Below are positions 1 to 14,149 of a stretch of DNA of 64,000 bases, piece after piece. The notes under the pieces were generated by a model. The model was not told the DNA's origin, did no database searches, and saw nothing but the letters and a program-made list of their open reading frames with translations. The stretch comes from Chiloscyllium plagiosum (taxonomy: Eukaryota), in the NCBI RefSeq assembly GCF_004010195.1, contig NC_057718.1, positions 50,911,018 to 50,975,017 on the forward strand. Reading direction: 5' to 3'. Made by a program: the position numbers and the translations under genes. The number at the start of each line of letters is the position of its first letter. Positions within the stretch are counted from its first letter, which is position 1.

Positions 1-857
1 GGTGACAACAAAAGGAGTCTGCTTCTCTTGCTGTTTCCCAACAATATAATTCCTGTCATGAAAGGAGGAAAACACTCTTGGAAGAAGCTTCCAGAAACGT
101 TCTGTGCCACTGAGCGCATCATACGTTCAGCACTCTTAAAAGAATGCAGGGGGAGATTGACAAACGCCTTCAATTTGTCATTTCAGGGGTCATTTAATTG
201 GTCTCTCTGACCATTTTCTTTTGAGTAATGACAAGAAAAGTTTTCGCTCTACACCCAGGTTGACCTTAGAGAGATCACCAAACCCAATTTCTCTTGCAAT
301 TTTGACAGTTTTTTCCAATAACATTTGATCAGAAATCCTCAAGAGACTTTTAATTGCTGGCTGCCTTGAAACATTTAAAAAGTTCAGCTCCAAAACTATA
401 ATGTTTGGCAGTGGACAACCATTTCAAGTTATTTCTGAAACCATTTTTCATACATTTCAAGACAGAATCCCATTCAGCATTGTAGATTTTTTTTTGAGAG
501 CTGGCTAAATGGATTTTACAAATTCATTTTTGTGACATTCACTTTTTGGCCTGAACAGTTACTTTCTTTTAAACTTTTGTCTTAAATTTAGATTGCTATA
601 GCCTTTTTAAAAAAAAAGATTTCACTTTCACAGACATAAGACTTAAGACTGCACTGCACCAGCATCTATTAAATACTGCGATGATCCCAGCTTTGTTTGG
701 TCTGGACAATCAGATCCCAGATTGAAATCTGGCTTCATAGATATATTTTTTTAAATTTAAATGAAGTACCCTTTCACTGAAGTGCAAGCACATAATGCAG
801 CAAATCTGCTTTTAACAAGAAGCCAGGAGCTTATTATGTAAAAGAAAAGAACTTAGA

Positions 858-1634
858 CAGAACAAACCAAACTATTTACACATGATTCAAGTTGAAAGAA
901 ATCAAACCTTATATTTGAAATGTACTGCATTCAATCTCTCTTATGAGGGGATTTAGTCGTTAACTTGTTAATATTTACAGAGCTATGTATTGTTTTGCAG
1001 AACAAACCAAACTATTTACACATGATTCAAGTTGAAAGAAATCAAACCTTATATTTGAAATGTATTGCATTCAATCTAACCCAACAGTATCTTCTTACTG
1101 CACTCAAAAACTAAAGGCAATGCCTATCTCTATCATTTCTGTGGGTTTGACTTTACTGTTGCTTTCAACTCCTGGTCCTGAGAGTCTGATAACTGCTTCC
1201 TTGAGCATTCTCAGAACTGAGTTTAGAGTTTCTCAGCTTCAAGTAAGTGCAGGGTTCTAACAAAACACTTCTGGTCTGGAACTTCCAAACAGAAACCCTT
1301 GCACTAAGATAATATATTTCCTAATTTTTCTGAACTAACTCTTTTCTCTTCAAGAAATTGTTCCAACTTCAACCAGGGCATCTGTGAACTGATATTAAAA
1401 GCTTTCCAAGCTATTGATGCTACCCCAAAGTCATAAAAATGGGATCCTTAATCTTTCTAACTTGAAACTAGGCTAATGCTCTTCAAGTTTACTTCCTCTG
1501 CCTGCAAAACTTTCCCAATGTATACACATTCCCATTAGCACTACAGGAACTCTCTCTGTCATACACATTTCAAAACAATACATAGCTCTGTAAATATTAA
1601 CAAGTTAACGACTAAATCCCCTCATAAGAGAGAT
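858..1634. repeat. Direct 80-bp duplication (858-937, 998-1077) enclosing an inverted 64-bp copy (934-997) of 1571-1634
   Basis: Read directly: the direct copies differ at 1 base and the inverted copy is 64/64 identical. Confidence 0.95.
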
Positions 1635-2309
1635 CAAAACCCACATGTCACTAGTTCAGAATCCAAATTCAAAAATAAAAGAACCAAACATTAAAATAGT
1701 CTCTGCTAATTAATTACCCTTGTATGAACCTCCATTCTTTCTGGTCAATATTTAGCTTTCTCTATCCATGTGTACTGTTATCGCCTTCCTGATGATTAGA
1801 TAAATCAATGCTGGGATGTGGACCTCTTCCACTCTGCAACTCCATTCTGTTAGTATCAACCATCTGTCTCTTTCTATGTTTTTATCTCTCTCTGTCTCTG
1901 TGCCAGACATCTCATTCATTGTCAAACATTAATCTCTCTTTGAAAACTTTAATAATCAGAAACTTGGCTGACCAATTTGTTGGCTCACAGTTTTGACAAC
2001 ATCCAGTTTTACCACCAGTCCTCTTAAGAGCACTGAACTGTCTTTGGTTCAATATCCAGTACTGAATGGGCAAAAAAAATTCTCCAGCTAAATACTTGGA
2101 AGACCAAAGATATTGTTTCCGTTTTCTGCCACTGTCCCTGCTCTACAGCCATTGACTTAAGCTCTCCTCCTGGCAACTGACTGAAGCTGTAGCTTTATTG
2201 TTCTACTTCATCCTGAGCCTAGTTGCCAACACTATACCTTTTCCATCACCAACTCCACAGCATTTTGGGACTCACAAACATGACAAATAACAGCTAAACT
2301 ACACCACAT

Positions 2310-3098
2310 ATGCCTCAATCCAGCTCTGCCATTCAACATAACCATGGCCGATCTTCAGCCTCAGGTCTACTTTCCCACCTCCCAATATCCTTTGATTCCC
2401 CCAGGGATCACAAATGTGCTCATCTCAACCTTAAGTATGCTTACAACAGAATATCTCCAACCTTCAAGAGTAAGGATTTGAAAGATTCATAACCCTCTGA
2501 ATGAAGAAATGTTTCCTAGTCTCAATTCTAAATAATCAAATACAGAAAATGAGCCCTTGTTCTTGATTCCCTAGATGGGGTAACAATCTCTCAGTGTTGA
2601 CCCTGAAAAGCCACTTCAGAATCCTGTGTTTTTCAATGAAACCATTTCTCATTTCTTTTTTGTAGCATCCAGAGAGCTTAGCACCAATTTAATTAGTCTT
2701 TCATCACAGGACAACACTCTTGCTTTCAGAACCAATTTAGTGAACATTTGTTGTACCACCTCCAAAGCAAACATGTCCTTGTTTAGATACATAACACAGT
2801 ACTTCAGGTATAGTCTCACCAACGCCTTGTATAATTTTATCAGGACTTCCTTGTTCGCATGCTCAAATGCCCTTGCAACTAAGGCCAATGTATCAATTAC
2901 CTGAATTGCTTGTTTTACAGACATTCTAACATTGTGTTCTATACACACCTGTACCCAAGTCTCTCTGAACATTTAGAAATTTTATACCTTTTGAAAAAAG
3001 AATAATCTGCTTTTTAATTCTTATAACTTAGGTGAATAAGTTCATTCATTGCCATATTATACTCCACTGAACACCTGGTTGCCTACTCACTTAACCTG
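2310..3098 (-). mobile_element. Old CR1-like LINE 3' fragment
   Basis: ORF KEVLIKLYKALVRLYLKYCV...ALEVVQQMFTKL. Confidence 0.8.
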
Positions 3099-3099
3099 T

Positions 3100-4546
3100 C
3101 GAGGAGTGCGGTGCTGCAAAAGCACAGCCAGTCAGGCAGCGTCCGAGAAGCAGGAGGATCGATATTTCAAGCATAAGCTCTCCATCAGGAATGAGGCTTG
3201 TGGTCAAAGGGGGCTAAGATATAAAAGCATCCACATTGAGCCCATTTGGTTGGAGGGTCCTGAGGCAGAAGATGAGGTATTCTTCCTTCAGGCATCAGGT
3301 GTTGGGGTTTCATGGTGGAGCAGGTCCAGGACTTGCATGTCCTTGGCGGAGTGGGAGGGGGTGTTAAAAGTGTTCGACTTCAGGCGGTGGGGTTGTTTGG
3401 TATGTGTGCCTCAAACATGTTTTCTGAAATGTTCTGCAAGTTTTTGTACTGTCCCCCAGTGTAGAGGTGACCACATCAGGAGCAATGGACACAGTAGATG
3501 ATGTGTGTGGAAGTACAGGTAAATCTCTGTCGGATATGGAAGAATCTTTTGGGGCCTTGGATGGAGGTGAGATGGGAGGTGTGGGCGCAGGTTTTACACT
3601 TCTTATGGTGGCAGGGGAAGGTAGTGGGTATGGAGGGGAGGTTGGTGGGTGGCATGGACCTAACAAAGGAGTCATGAAGGGAATGGTCTCTCTAGATTGC
3701 AGATAGGGATGGGGAGGGAAATATATCCCTGGTGGTGTGGTCTGTCTGTAGCTAGCAGAATGAGCAGAGGATGATATGATGTTTCCGGAGGTTGGTGTGT
3801 GGAAGGTGAGGGTCAGTGGGGTTCTGTCCTTGTTGCATTGTGAGGGATGGGGTTCAAGGGCGGAGGTGCAGGAAGTGGAGGAGATGCGCCAGAGATCACT
3901 ATCGATCACGTGGGAGGGGAAACTGTGGTCCATGAATGAGGAGGCCATCTGGGATGTTCTATGGTGGAACTGGTCCTCCTGGAAACAGATGTGGCAGAGG
4001 CAGAGGAATTGGGAATAAGGGCTAGTGCTTTTCCAGGAGGAAGGGTGGGAGGAGGTGTAGTCCAGGTAATTGTGGGAGTCTGTGAGTTTGTAGTAGATGT
4101 TCGTGTTGAGTCACACATCAGAGATGGAGATGGAAAGGTCCAGGAAGGGGTGAGAGGTGTCTGAGATGGACCAGGTGAACTTGAGGTCATGACGGAAGGT
4201 ATAAGTGAAGTTGATGAACTGTTCAACCTCCTCGTGGGAACATGAGGTGGCGGTGGTACAATCATTGATGTAGCAGAGGAGAAGATGAGGAATGATGCCT
4301 ATGTAGCTGCGGAAGATGGACTGTTCCATATACCAGACAAACAGGGGCCTATATGGGTGCCCATGGCTACATCTTTGGTCTGGAGAAAGTGGGATTATTT
4401 GAAGGAGAAACTGTTGAGGGTGAAGATCAGTTCAGCCAATCGAATGAGAGTATCAATGCAAGGGTACTGGTTGGGTTGGCATGAGAGGAAAAAATGGAGT
4501 ACTTGGAGGCCCTCATCATGGCAGATGGTGTACAGGGACTGGATGT
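3100..4546 (-). mobile_element. Penelope-like retroelement fragment (RT C-terminus plus GIY-YIG region)
   Basis: ORF fragments such as CYINDC...FINFT...LKFTWSISDTSHPFLDLSISI and DRTPLTLTFH. The terminal sequence is shared with 28806-29403 and 55853-55967. Decayed hammerhead near 3158-3188. Confidence 0.8.
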
Positions 4547-4559
4547 CACCTAAGCTGTC

Positions 4560-5282
4560 CATTTCAGCTTATTTGCATCATCTCCACTGCACACATTCTT
4601 AACTTCATATCACTTGTAAAGTCAGATGACGTCACTCTTGGTATCTCCATCTTAGCTTCCGTCCCTGTCTTAGATCAACTGCTGCTGAAACTTATGTCTG
4701 TGCTCTTAATACCTACAAACCTGACTACTTCAATGCTAACTAACATTCCATCAACAACTCAGCAGAAACTTACACTTATCCAAAAGACTGTTGCCCCTAT
4801 TTTGACACATTTCAAGTCCCATTCGTCCGAGTCCTTTACTTACTGACCGACATTAGTTTGTGATTTAGTAATGCTTTGGTTTAAAAAATCTCATCCTTGT
4901 TTTGAATTTATTCTCTGATCATGCCCCTCTCATTCTTTACAATTACCTCCAGCCTTACAACCTTCAGAGATACTTGCACTCCTCTAATGCTGATCTCTTA
5001 AGCATCTCTGATTTTAAATCTCTTCACCATTGGTTGTCATGTTAAACACTGTGAACTGCTTAGAGTCTAAGCCCAGGAATTCTTTCTCTGAACTTTTCGC
5101 CTTTCCAACTGTCTTTCCTTATTTAAGGATCTCTTTTAAAACTACTTCATTAATCAAACATTTAGTCATCTGTCAAAATGTGTCCTCATGGCTTAGTGTC
5201 AAATGTTGTCTGATAACACTGATCTGATGAGATTTGGAATGCTGTACTGCATTAAAGCTGTTGTACAAAGGCAAGCTGTTGT
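4560..5282 (+). mobile_element. L2-clade LINE 3' fragment
   Basis: The 3' end resembles the shark L2 tail (tgtcaaatgttgtctgataacac...attaaagctgttgtacaaaggcaagctgttgt). A degenerate KLTLIQK motif is present. Confidence 0.6.
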
Positions 5283-7739
5283 CATTCCTACAGCTGCTAC
5301 TATTGTTGTAAAATCATGAAGCCATTTATTGGAGCTGTTACTTACCTTAGCAATTGTATGCCATTTCCTCTTTAACAGAAATCAAAAACAAATCTAATCT
5401 GATGACGACTGACATGTGAACATACACATGTCACATTAAACAATACTCTTGAGCACAGACAATCCATAAGTGGAGATCATTCTCACAATCTTCTGAAGGA
5501 ATTAAATAAAATTACATCAAATATACAGCAAGGTAACTGCCATTCATTCCAATCATTTAATTCCAGCTTTAATCATCATCCTTCCTCATGTAAATCCAGC
5601 AGCACCACAGGAAGTGGGGGCCATTGCCAAATCTGCACATAGCAGAAAGAGAGCCATGGGAACAGCATGCCCTTCCAACCAGACAAGTTAGGGTTGGGGA
5701 TATCAAGGCCAATCAGGCATGCCGATGTGACCAAGATTAGATACAAGCAGAATATCTACTTGATACAAATGTGATACAAACTGAGCAAACATCTTCAATT
5801 TTACTGTTTTAATGGTAATGTTTTCTGCTCTTGTCACTCACAGTTCATCACGACGAATCTTCTTATCCTAAATAATTACCATCCATTTTCCCTTGCACTA
5901 TGTCTTCATTGCCAGTTAATTACTTCTCCCCTCATTCCTGGAACAGATTTTTTTTTAAACTGCCTCACTATCCCACCTCACTTCCTGACTCTCCAGGCCT
6001 CTGGAACTACTTAAAACGATTACCTCTAACTTCTACCAGCACTGACAAAAGGTCATCCTTCTGAAAAATTAACAATGTTTCTCATTCCACTATTGTCACC
6101 TGACCAAGTGAGTATTTTCAGCGCAGAGTTTCTGTTTCCTATTTCCAAAATGAACAGTAACCAATTATGTAAGTAAAAAAAAGACAGTGTGACGACAAAC
6201 AAGATGTACATGGCTTTTGGCAATTTGAATTTGTTTAATAGCATTTCCTCCATTTGGTGTTAGGCTTCAATGTTATCACTGCCTCGTAGTCTTTTCACTA
6301 TAATACAAATAATGAAACTAGTATTTCTAAATTTAGCTCAAAATAGTTGGTTATTTTGATGAATATGCACTTAACCTAAAAGCTCAACTTTCAATCAGAG
6401 GTTCAATCAGAGCTACGCTAAGGAGAAAGTTGTAAATTCACTGTGTGGACTGTGCTAATTTAAGTGACTTCAGCTGGATGGCAGTATGTGTGGTGTGATT
6501 GATGTCAGTGATCATAGAAAAGTAGGGAGCAATAGGGTGGTGGGATTGGAAGGGAGATGAGAATCAGCCATGATTCCAGTTTCTGAACACAAACCAATGT
6601 CCCCAATTAGAAAGTATTCTTGTGCGGGCGTTCAGTGAGAACAGCACCAGGAAGACTGTCAGTCTTCCTGAAAATGAAATAATTTGCTAATGATCATGGG
6701 AAGTTCCATTGGAACTCAGTAACAGCAAAGCCTTTGCCTTCAAGAGAAGGCAAAAGAAGAAAAAGTAGAGAAAATGGGTAAACTTTTTTTACAGGTTATA
6801 CTATTATGAAATTATTTTATTTTCATAAATACATTAGCGTTAGGGTTACAGATTTATTGTCATCCTGTATCACCTGCAAATTATTTATTCTGTGTCCTGC
6901 AGTTTATTTGATAATGCGTGCATCTAACATCATGAGCTCAAGATTAATTGAGATGCAATCATTGTTTAAACAGTCTCCATTTTTGCTGAGATTTAAAAAA
7001 AATCAATGTAATTAAGTGTCGTTGCACCAAAATGGTTATCAAACTCTGCAGCTAGATAATCTGCAGTAGTGTTCTGCTCTTAAATAGTTGCATCAGTGCA
7101 GATTATTTCAAAAGGTTTACTCAGATTTTGCTTCAAACCATTTCCTGCCAGTTTAAGTATGTACTTCAATCCTCTGTTACACAACATATCTTGAAAATTC
7201 ACTGGCTAGTCTCACTTGGTGAAAGCATTTAGTGCTGGTATATTATCAACTGAAGGCCTACTCACAGGTTTTTAACCGAAGGGCTTTAGTATCATATACC
7301 AACTGACTTTCCTAAAGGACATACCTATATCAAAAAAAACACTTACAGGCAATAACTAATTCCAAGTATGTATGCAAGCCTAATGTTCTCATTTCTATTT
7401 TGTCATTTAATCTATTTATTTGATTAATCAACTCAAATCATTTGCTATTTACAATATGATGCAAAGGGAAAGAAAGGTGTCTGTCAATAGAGTCAGCTTA
7501 TCAGACATTCTGTCATGATTAAGCAAGGTGAATTTCGAGAATCTTGTAAACAGGCCTCTGTATGGAGAAATTGTAAAGGTAACTGTCTGAAAGAAAGTCA
7601 CTGCTGCTGATACCATCATACAAAATTGTTAAAATTGACTGATACGAGATAGTGTTTCTAGCAAAGTGTTTTCTAGCTCAATTTCCGGAAATAAAAGTTG
7701 TTTGTGTTTCTGGTTACAAATGGTAAGAAAACAAATGAT

Positions 7740-9070
7740 CTTAGAAGATAGGAACAGGAGTAGGCAATTCACCCATTGAGCTTGCTCCACAATTTAATAC
7801 GAACACAGGTAATTGAACACTTCAATATCTTTAACCCACAATATCCCCATATGCTTTGTCAATATATCCTCATTGACAGTCTAAAATTTATCAACCTCCA
7901 TTTTTAATGTGCTCAAACACTAAGCTTCCACGTTCCTGTAGGGTGGAGAATTCCAAAATTCAATACGTTCTGAGTAAAAGTACTTTTCCTCATATGGTTC
8001 TAAACGGCATGCCCCTTATTTTCAAATTGTGTTCCCCGCTTCTAGACTTCTGAATCAGGGGAAGCATCTTACCTGCATCTACCTTGCCTGTCCCTTAGGT
8101 ATTTTGTAGGTTTTAATGAGGTCACCAATCATTCTTCAAAACTAGAAAATACAAGCCCAGTTTATTCATCTCTTCATAGGATAGTCCTGCCATCCTGGGG
8201 ACAAGTCTGGTGAACCTTCATTGCACTGTTTCTATAACAGTTATATCTTTCCTGAGATAAGGAAATTAAAAATGCACACAGTACTCCAGGTGTGGTCTAT
8301 GTTTTTATCTTAATTTGTAGGACTTGGGCATCGCTGGCTGACATACATTGACAGCGCAGCCCTATTTGCCCTTGAAAAAAGGGGGTGCTGAGCTGCCTTC
8401 TTGAATCGAAGTAGTCCACTTGCTGTGGGTTTACCCACAATGCTAGTAGGGAGGGAATTCCAGGATATTGATCTAACAACTGCGAAGGAATGGTGGTACA
8501 TTTCCAAGTCAAGGTGGTGAGTGGCTTGGAGGGGAACTTGCAGGTGGTGGTGTTCCCAAGTACCTGCAGCCCTACTCCTTCTAGATGGAAGTGGTCGTGG
8601 GTTTGGAAGGTGCTGTCTGAGGATCTTTGGTGAATTTCTGCAGTGCATCTTGTCGATAGTACACACTGCTGCTCCTGAGCACCGGTGGTAGAGGGATTGA
8701 CTGTTTATAGATGTGGTGACAATCAAGCGGGTTGCTTTGTCCTGGATGGTGTCAAGCTTATTGAGTGTTGTTATTGTTGTTATTGTTGAGCTGTTATTTA
8801 TTTGAAGCAAGTCTTCACCATTTCTGTGCTTGAAACCCTTGCAATAAAGCAAACCTTCCATTACCCTTCCCAATAACTTGCTGCACTTGCTTGTTAGCCT
8901 TCAGTGACTTATCAACAAGAACATCCAAGTCTCTTTGCTCATCTACAGTTTCCAACCTCTCAGCATTTAAGAAATAATTTGCACATTGTTACTCCTATCA
9001 AAGTGATTAACCTCACATTTTTCCACATTGTGTTATATCTGCCATGTTCTTGTCCAATCACTACCCTTAG
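7740..9070 (-). mobile_element. Old CR1-like LINE fragment interrupted by another non-LTR element
   Basis: CR1 3' UTR (aagataggaacaggagtaggc) and RT-end sequence up to about 8297, resuming at about 8830. Confidence 0.7.
8320..8770 (-). mobile_element. Non-LTR retrotransposon 3' end (L2/CR1 group) nested in a CR1
   Basis: ORF 8310-8873 contains LDTIQDKATRLI...SLYHRCSGAAVCTIDKMHC...SISWNSLP. Related short fragments occur near 47935-48050. Confidence 0.7.
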
Positions 9071-11730
9071 CCATATCCTCCTCCTCTTTAGGGGTTCAAA
9101 TGTAATCGAGCGATTGCACAAATAAGGTTTTTTTCACTTGGAAAGTGCATTCTTGGAACATCCACTCAGATGGTGGAACTTACCAATTTTTTATTGGTCA
9201 GAGTGGGGATGAGTGTGTTGGTAGTGATGAACATGCACTTTCACCACCAAGAAAACTTGCCCAATCATCAGCCAATCAGCTCACTAAGTTTCTCAGTGAA
9301 TCACAGGCACTGACATTGGTGAATTAGATTGGCAGTCTTTCACTGCCTAGAAGCTTCTGAATCCTAAAGAACACTGGTCTTGGCCTTTTCTTTGGAGCAT
9401 TCAACTCGCGATGGTAAGTCTTTTTTTTTTACTTTCTTGTCATGGAATCGGGAAATGTGGTGCAGGTAAAGTGGCATCTCAAAGGTTAAAGATAAGAATA
9501 GGTCAACAACTTTTACAAAACAGCTCCTTGCCTCTACATTCATGTTTCCAACTGCCCCCATACTGGAGCAATATGGAATCCCAGGTAAGAAGTTAGTTAC
9601 CTTTCTCACCCATCAAGGAGACAGGTGATCAGTGAGGTGCTGGATTCAGGCCCTTAAGTAGCCATTAATTGATCACTGAAGATACTCAGTTGGTACAAAA
9701 TCATTGAGCTCTCTCATGTACTTTCTCACCCAGAACTTGTTAGTAAGGTGGAAAGAAGTGGTAAGTTTCTTTCATGACAGATGCAGTATTTCACCTTCTT
9801 GTAACCTCCACAGAGGGAAACTTGTACTGTAGTAAACATGGTATACGCTTAAATGGCATTTTCAGAGAGACAAAATATAAATATATTTTTCTCTCCTTTT
9901 TATCCTATTTCCTATCTGCTGTCTTTCTCTCTCTTTTCTTTTTCATTTTGAACTAATTGCAAAAATATCAATTTCAATTCTTTTAATCTATTGAAGGGCT
10001 CAAAGTAAATTGAGTTGCTGTGAATATCTAGTTAATAGTTCAATAGCATTTGCTATTTGGTATGCACTGTGAGGTGTTCAACCACAGTCTGTTACTCATT
10101 TTACCTCATGTTAATTTGGTATGTTAAAATATAACAGTCCAGTTTGCTTTGATATTCTAACTTTGTATAGTCTATTCTGTGTCCAGGATCTCAAACTTTG
10201 GCTACTTTAAAATAAAATAAGTTTCTAGTCAGATTGTAACATAATTTTGATGGCCTCATCAAGAATCATTACATGTAAAGGTAACAAAAAGTTGCTTTTT
10301 GATAGGTCTTGAATGATTTTTTTTTAAATTACTGACAAAATGAATACTTTACCTTAATCTAACTACAGAATAGTTCTGTGTATTCATTAAATAAAACACT
10401 TTTAATTACATTTTAAAGTATTCCCAAATCATTCATATGAAGTCAGAAACAAAAGATGGAATCTTTGAGAGGCCTGAATAATTGGGCTATGATTAGAAAT
10501 CTGATAGAATTACATGAGAAAATCAGCAAGGTGTTTTGTGATGTTAACTAAATTCCAGGCATCAAGGCAAGGAATTCCATGTTGGATACCAGGCACTGGC
10601 ATTTCAGGGCATGCTGTATAGGCACCTATCACATGAACCTAACCTCCATGGGCACTGATAACTGACAACTGCCAGCATCTGGCATAAAGTACATTCCAAT
10701 CTCTTCTTCAAGGCTGCACCATAGAGTGCAATGGTAATCATCACCACAGCAAGGACACTTTATGTTCACACAAAGATAACAGGCTGAAAGATCTGCTGTA
10801 TTGCCCTGTCATGTAGTGAAACACAAAGTCAGGAGTCATGGTTGTCAGCTGTCCTCAGTTAAGGGAGACAACCTTCTGTCAGGAGGTCCTGGCACAGTGA
10901 CTCAAGAGCAGCCACCAATACAGTCCAGGTGCGTAGACACCTTGGTCAGCCAATCACTCAGGATGTCAGGCTCACAATCTTTTCTATCAAAGGGGTAACG
11001 AGTGAAAGGAAACTAGTCCTTCACATATCTTGTCTGTTTCTGTCTCTTTCTGGCCTGTTTTCCTCCTGCAATGAGACACAGGCAGGTATTAAGGGAGTTG
11101 AATTTTGGTGATACTATTGTGACCAGTACAGGTGGGGTAAAGATGGGGAGATGTTCCAAGTGAGTGAGAAAGCAACGTAGCGGGCTATTAGGGGAATTGG
11201 AGTAGGTGAGAGGGTGTGGGGGGGATAAAGTTGCCTTCAACAGTGAGAATGCACCTTGATAGGAGGTGAGTGCAGTAACAGAGATAGTGAATGTGACATA
11301 TCAGAGAGAGGATGGTGTCAGTGCCCCTGGCAGACCCTTCTTCTTACATTGCGAGGCATTCTTGTATACACAAACTGATCTGGGTTGGGATGGTCTGATG
11401 TTGTTGTGGCTAAGATTATGATCCATCTTATCTGCATATTTGTAAATAACCAAAAATGGCATTTTGTTTTCTACCATAAATTTACTTTTGTGGCATATGA
11501 AATGTTCAGCATTGTGCATAGATCACATATGTAACATTTTACCTCTGAGTATCTTTTTGGAGTTGTAACAACTCTTGTGTGCTGGAAAGGATTTTATTTG
11601 GAACAAAGGCTGATACAGTTTACTTTTAATACAAAATTGAAATGCAAAATATTGAATTGCAGAGTGAGAATTCTTTTAAATGCATAAAGGTATCTTTAAT
11701 GAGCTAATAAAAGAAAGTTAACATTTGTTT

Positions 11731-13890
11731 ATAGAGTTATGGAGTCATAGAGCATGGAAACAGATCATTTGGTCCAACTCGTCTACATCGGCCAGACATC
11801 CCAATCTGACCTAGTCCCATTTGCCAGCATTTGGTCCATATCCCTCTAAACCCCTCTACTCATATACCTATCCAGATGCCTTTTAAATGTTGCAATTGCA
11901 CTCACCTCCATCATTCCCTCTGCAGCTTGTTCTATACTCGCACAACCTTCTGCATAAGAAAGTTACCTCTCAGGTCATTTTAAAATCTTTCCACTCTCAC
12001 CTTAAACCTACATTCTCTAGTTTTGGACTCCCCCACCCCAGGAAAAGAACCTTGGCTCTTCACCCTCTCCATGCCCCTCATGATTTTTTAAACCTTAATA
12101 AGGTCACCCCTCAACCTTCAAAGCTCCAGGGAAAATAGCACTAGCCTATTCAGCCTCTCCCTGTAACTCAAACCCTCCGGTCCCAGCAACATCCTTATCA
12201 TCGTCTCAAGTTTAACGACATCCTTCCCATACAAGGGCAACCAGAATGATATGCAGTATTCTAAAAAGGGCCTCACCAACATCCTCTTCAGCCGCAACAT
12301 GTCCTAACTTACTGTTGTGATCAATGAAGGCAAGTGCACCAAACACCTTCTTCACCACTCTGTCTACCTACAACCACTTTTGAGGATCTATGCACCTGCA
12401 CTCCTAGGTCTCTATCCATGGCCACAACCCTAAAGACCCTACCATTAACTGTATACAGTAGAAATTCAATTATCTGAAAGAAACGTGCAGGGAGTATTTG
12501 TTTGGATAAATGATCATTCGGATAATCGATCTGATTCTAAACAAGTGGTAATTTATAAATGAAGGTTATCCAAACATTTCTCGGTTACCTAGCTATGCAT
12601 GCCATAATGTTGTTTAACTGATGACTGAATGCTCAGTTGCCTAATGCCGTTTTCACAGAACTTAGAGATATTGTTCAGATAATTCAAAATTTGGATAATT
12701 GATGTTAAGATAATCGAGGTTGTACTGTACATTCTGTCTTGGTTTGCCTTACGAAAATGCAACATCTCGCATTTATCTAAAGTAACTTGCAACTGCTACT
12801 CAGCTAGTGGCTCATTTGATCAAGATCCAGTTGCACTCTGAGATCATCTCCTTCACTGTCTACTACACCACCTATTTTGGTGTAATCTGCAAAATTACTA
12901 ACCATACCTCCTATGTTCAAATCCAGAACATTTATATAAATGATGAAAAGCAGTGGACCCAGCACTGATCCATGTGGCTGCTAGTCAAAGGCCTCCAGTC
13001 TGAAAAGTAATCCTCTACTACCACCCTCTATCTCCTACCTTCAAGCCAATTTTGTATAAAATTGGTTAACACCCCCGGATATCATGTGATCTAACTTTAC
13101 CATGCAGAACCTTGTCCTAATACACAATGTCCATTTCTCTGTCTTCATCAATCTTCTTTGTCCCCTCTTCCAAATACTCAGTCAACTTATTGATACATGA
13201 TATCCCATGCACAAAGCTATGTTGACTATCCTAATCAGTCCTTGCCTTTCCAAATGCATGTAAATCCTGTTCCTCAGAATCTCTCCAACAACTTATAGAC
13301 CACTGTTGTAAGGCTCACCAGTCTATAGTTCCCTGACTTTTCCTTACAACCTTTCTTAATTAATGGCAAATCGGCCACCCTCCAATCTTCTGGCATAGAG
13401 TCCAGGGATTTATCCACTTTAATGCATTTTAAGACTCTAACATCTGCAATGTGAATTCTTTTCATGACATCACTATTTAACTCACCAATTTCCTTAGCTT
13501 CTGTATCCTTCTCCACAGTAAATATTGAGGCAAAATATCCATTTAATACCTCACCATCACTGTAATGGTCACATTGATCTTTAAGGGGCCTTATTCTCTC
13601 CCTAATTACTCTTTTGCCCTTAATGTATTTTTTGAATTCTCCTTCATTCTATTTGCCAAAGCTATCCCGTTTGCCCTCCTGACTTCCCTCTTCAGTATAC
13701 TCCTCTAAGTATTCACTCAATCCCAGCTGTGTATACCTGACACAGGCCTCAATTTCTTTAGTCACCCAGCATTCCCTACACCTAACATCCTTGCCCTTCA
13801 CATGAACAGGAACATACTCTGAATTCTCATTATCTCAATTTTAAAGGCTTCCCACTTCACAACCGTCCCCTTACCTGTGAATGGCCTGTC
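11731..13890 (-). mobile_element. CR1-clade LINE, decayed, interrupted by a MITE
   Basis: ORF fragments VRPFLEYCISFW and KEKSGNYRLVSLTTVV. The 3' end resembles that of 61763-63525. Confidence 0.9.
12456..12727. mobile_element. Tc1/mariner (pogo/Tigger-like) MITE, 272 bp, inserted into a CR1
   Basis: Imperfect TIRs: cagtagaaattcaattatct against the reverse complement cagtacaacctcgattatct (16/20). TA on both sides (12454-55 and 12728-29). CR1 sequence resumes after it. Confidence 0.8.
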
Positions 13891-14149
13891 TCTCTGGAGC
13901 TAAAACACTAAAGTTTCATTCCAGGTCTCAAAAGATCAAAGGGGAGAACAAGTCATCTCGTGAGAACTCAAACCATAAAATGAGGAAACTAGCTTTGAAC
14001 AAAGCAGTTCTTGCCCGCACCAACAACACAATTCCAGCAGTTGAGTTTCTTGAGCTTCGAATCTGCTCATTTCCTTCACAGTATAAGGGTTACAATTTGT
14101 GCCAAACTACTAAACACATGCCATTGAGACCCCGATGTCATTGAGAATT

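Noticed and set aside
858..1077. Repeat-spacer-repeat as a CRISPR-like array
   Set aside because: Only two 80-bp repeats in a vertebrate intron with no cas genes. It is explained by template switching.
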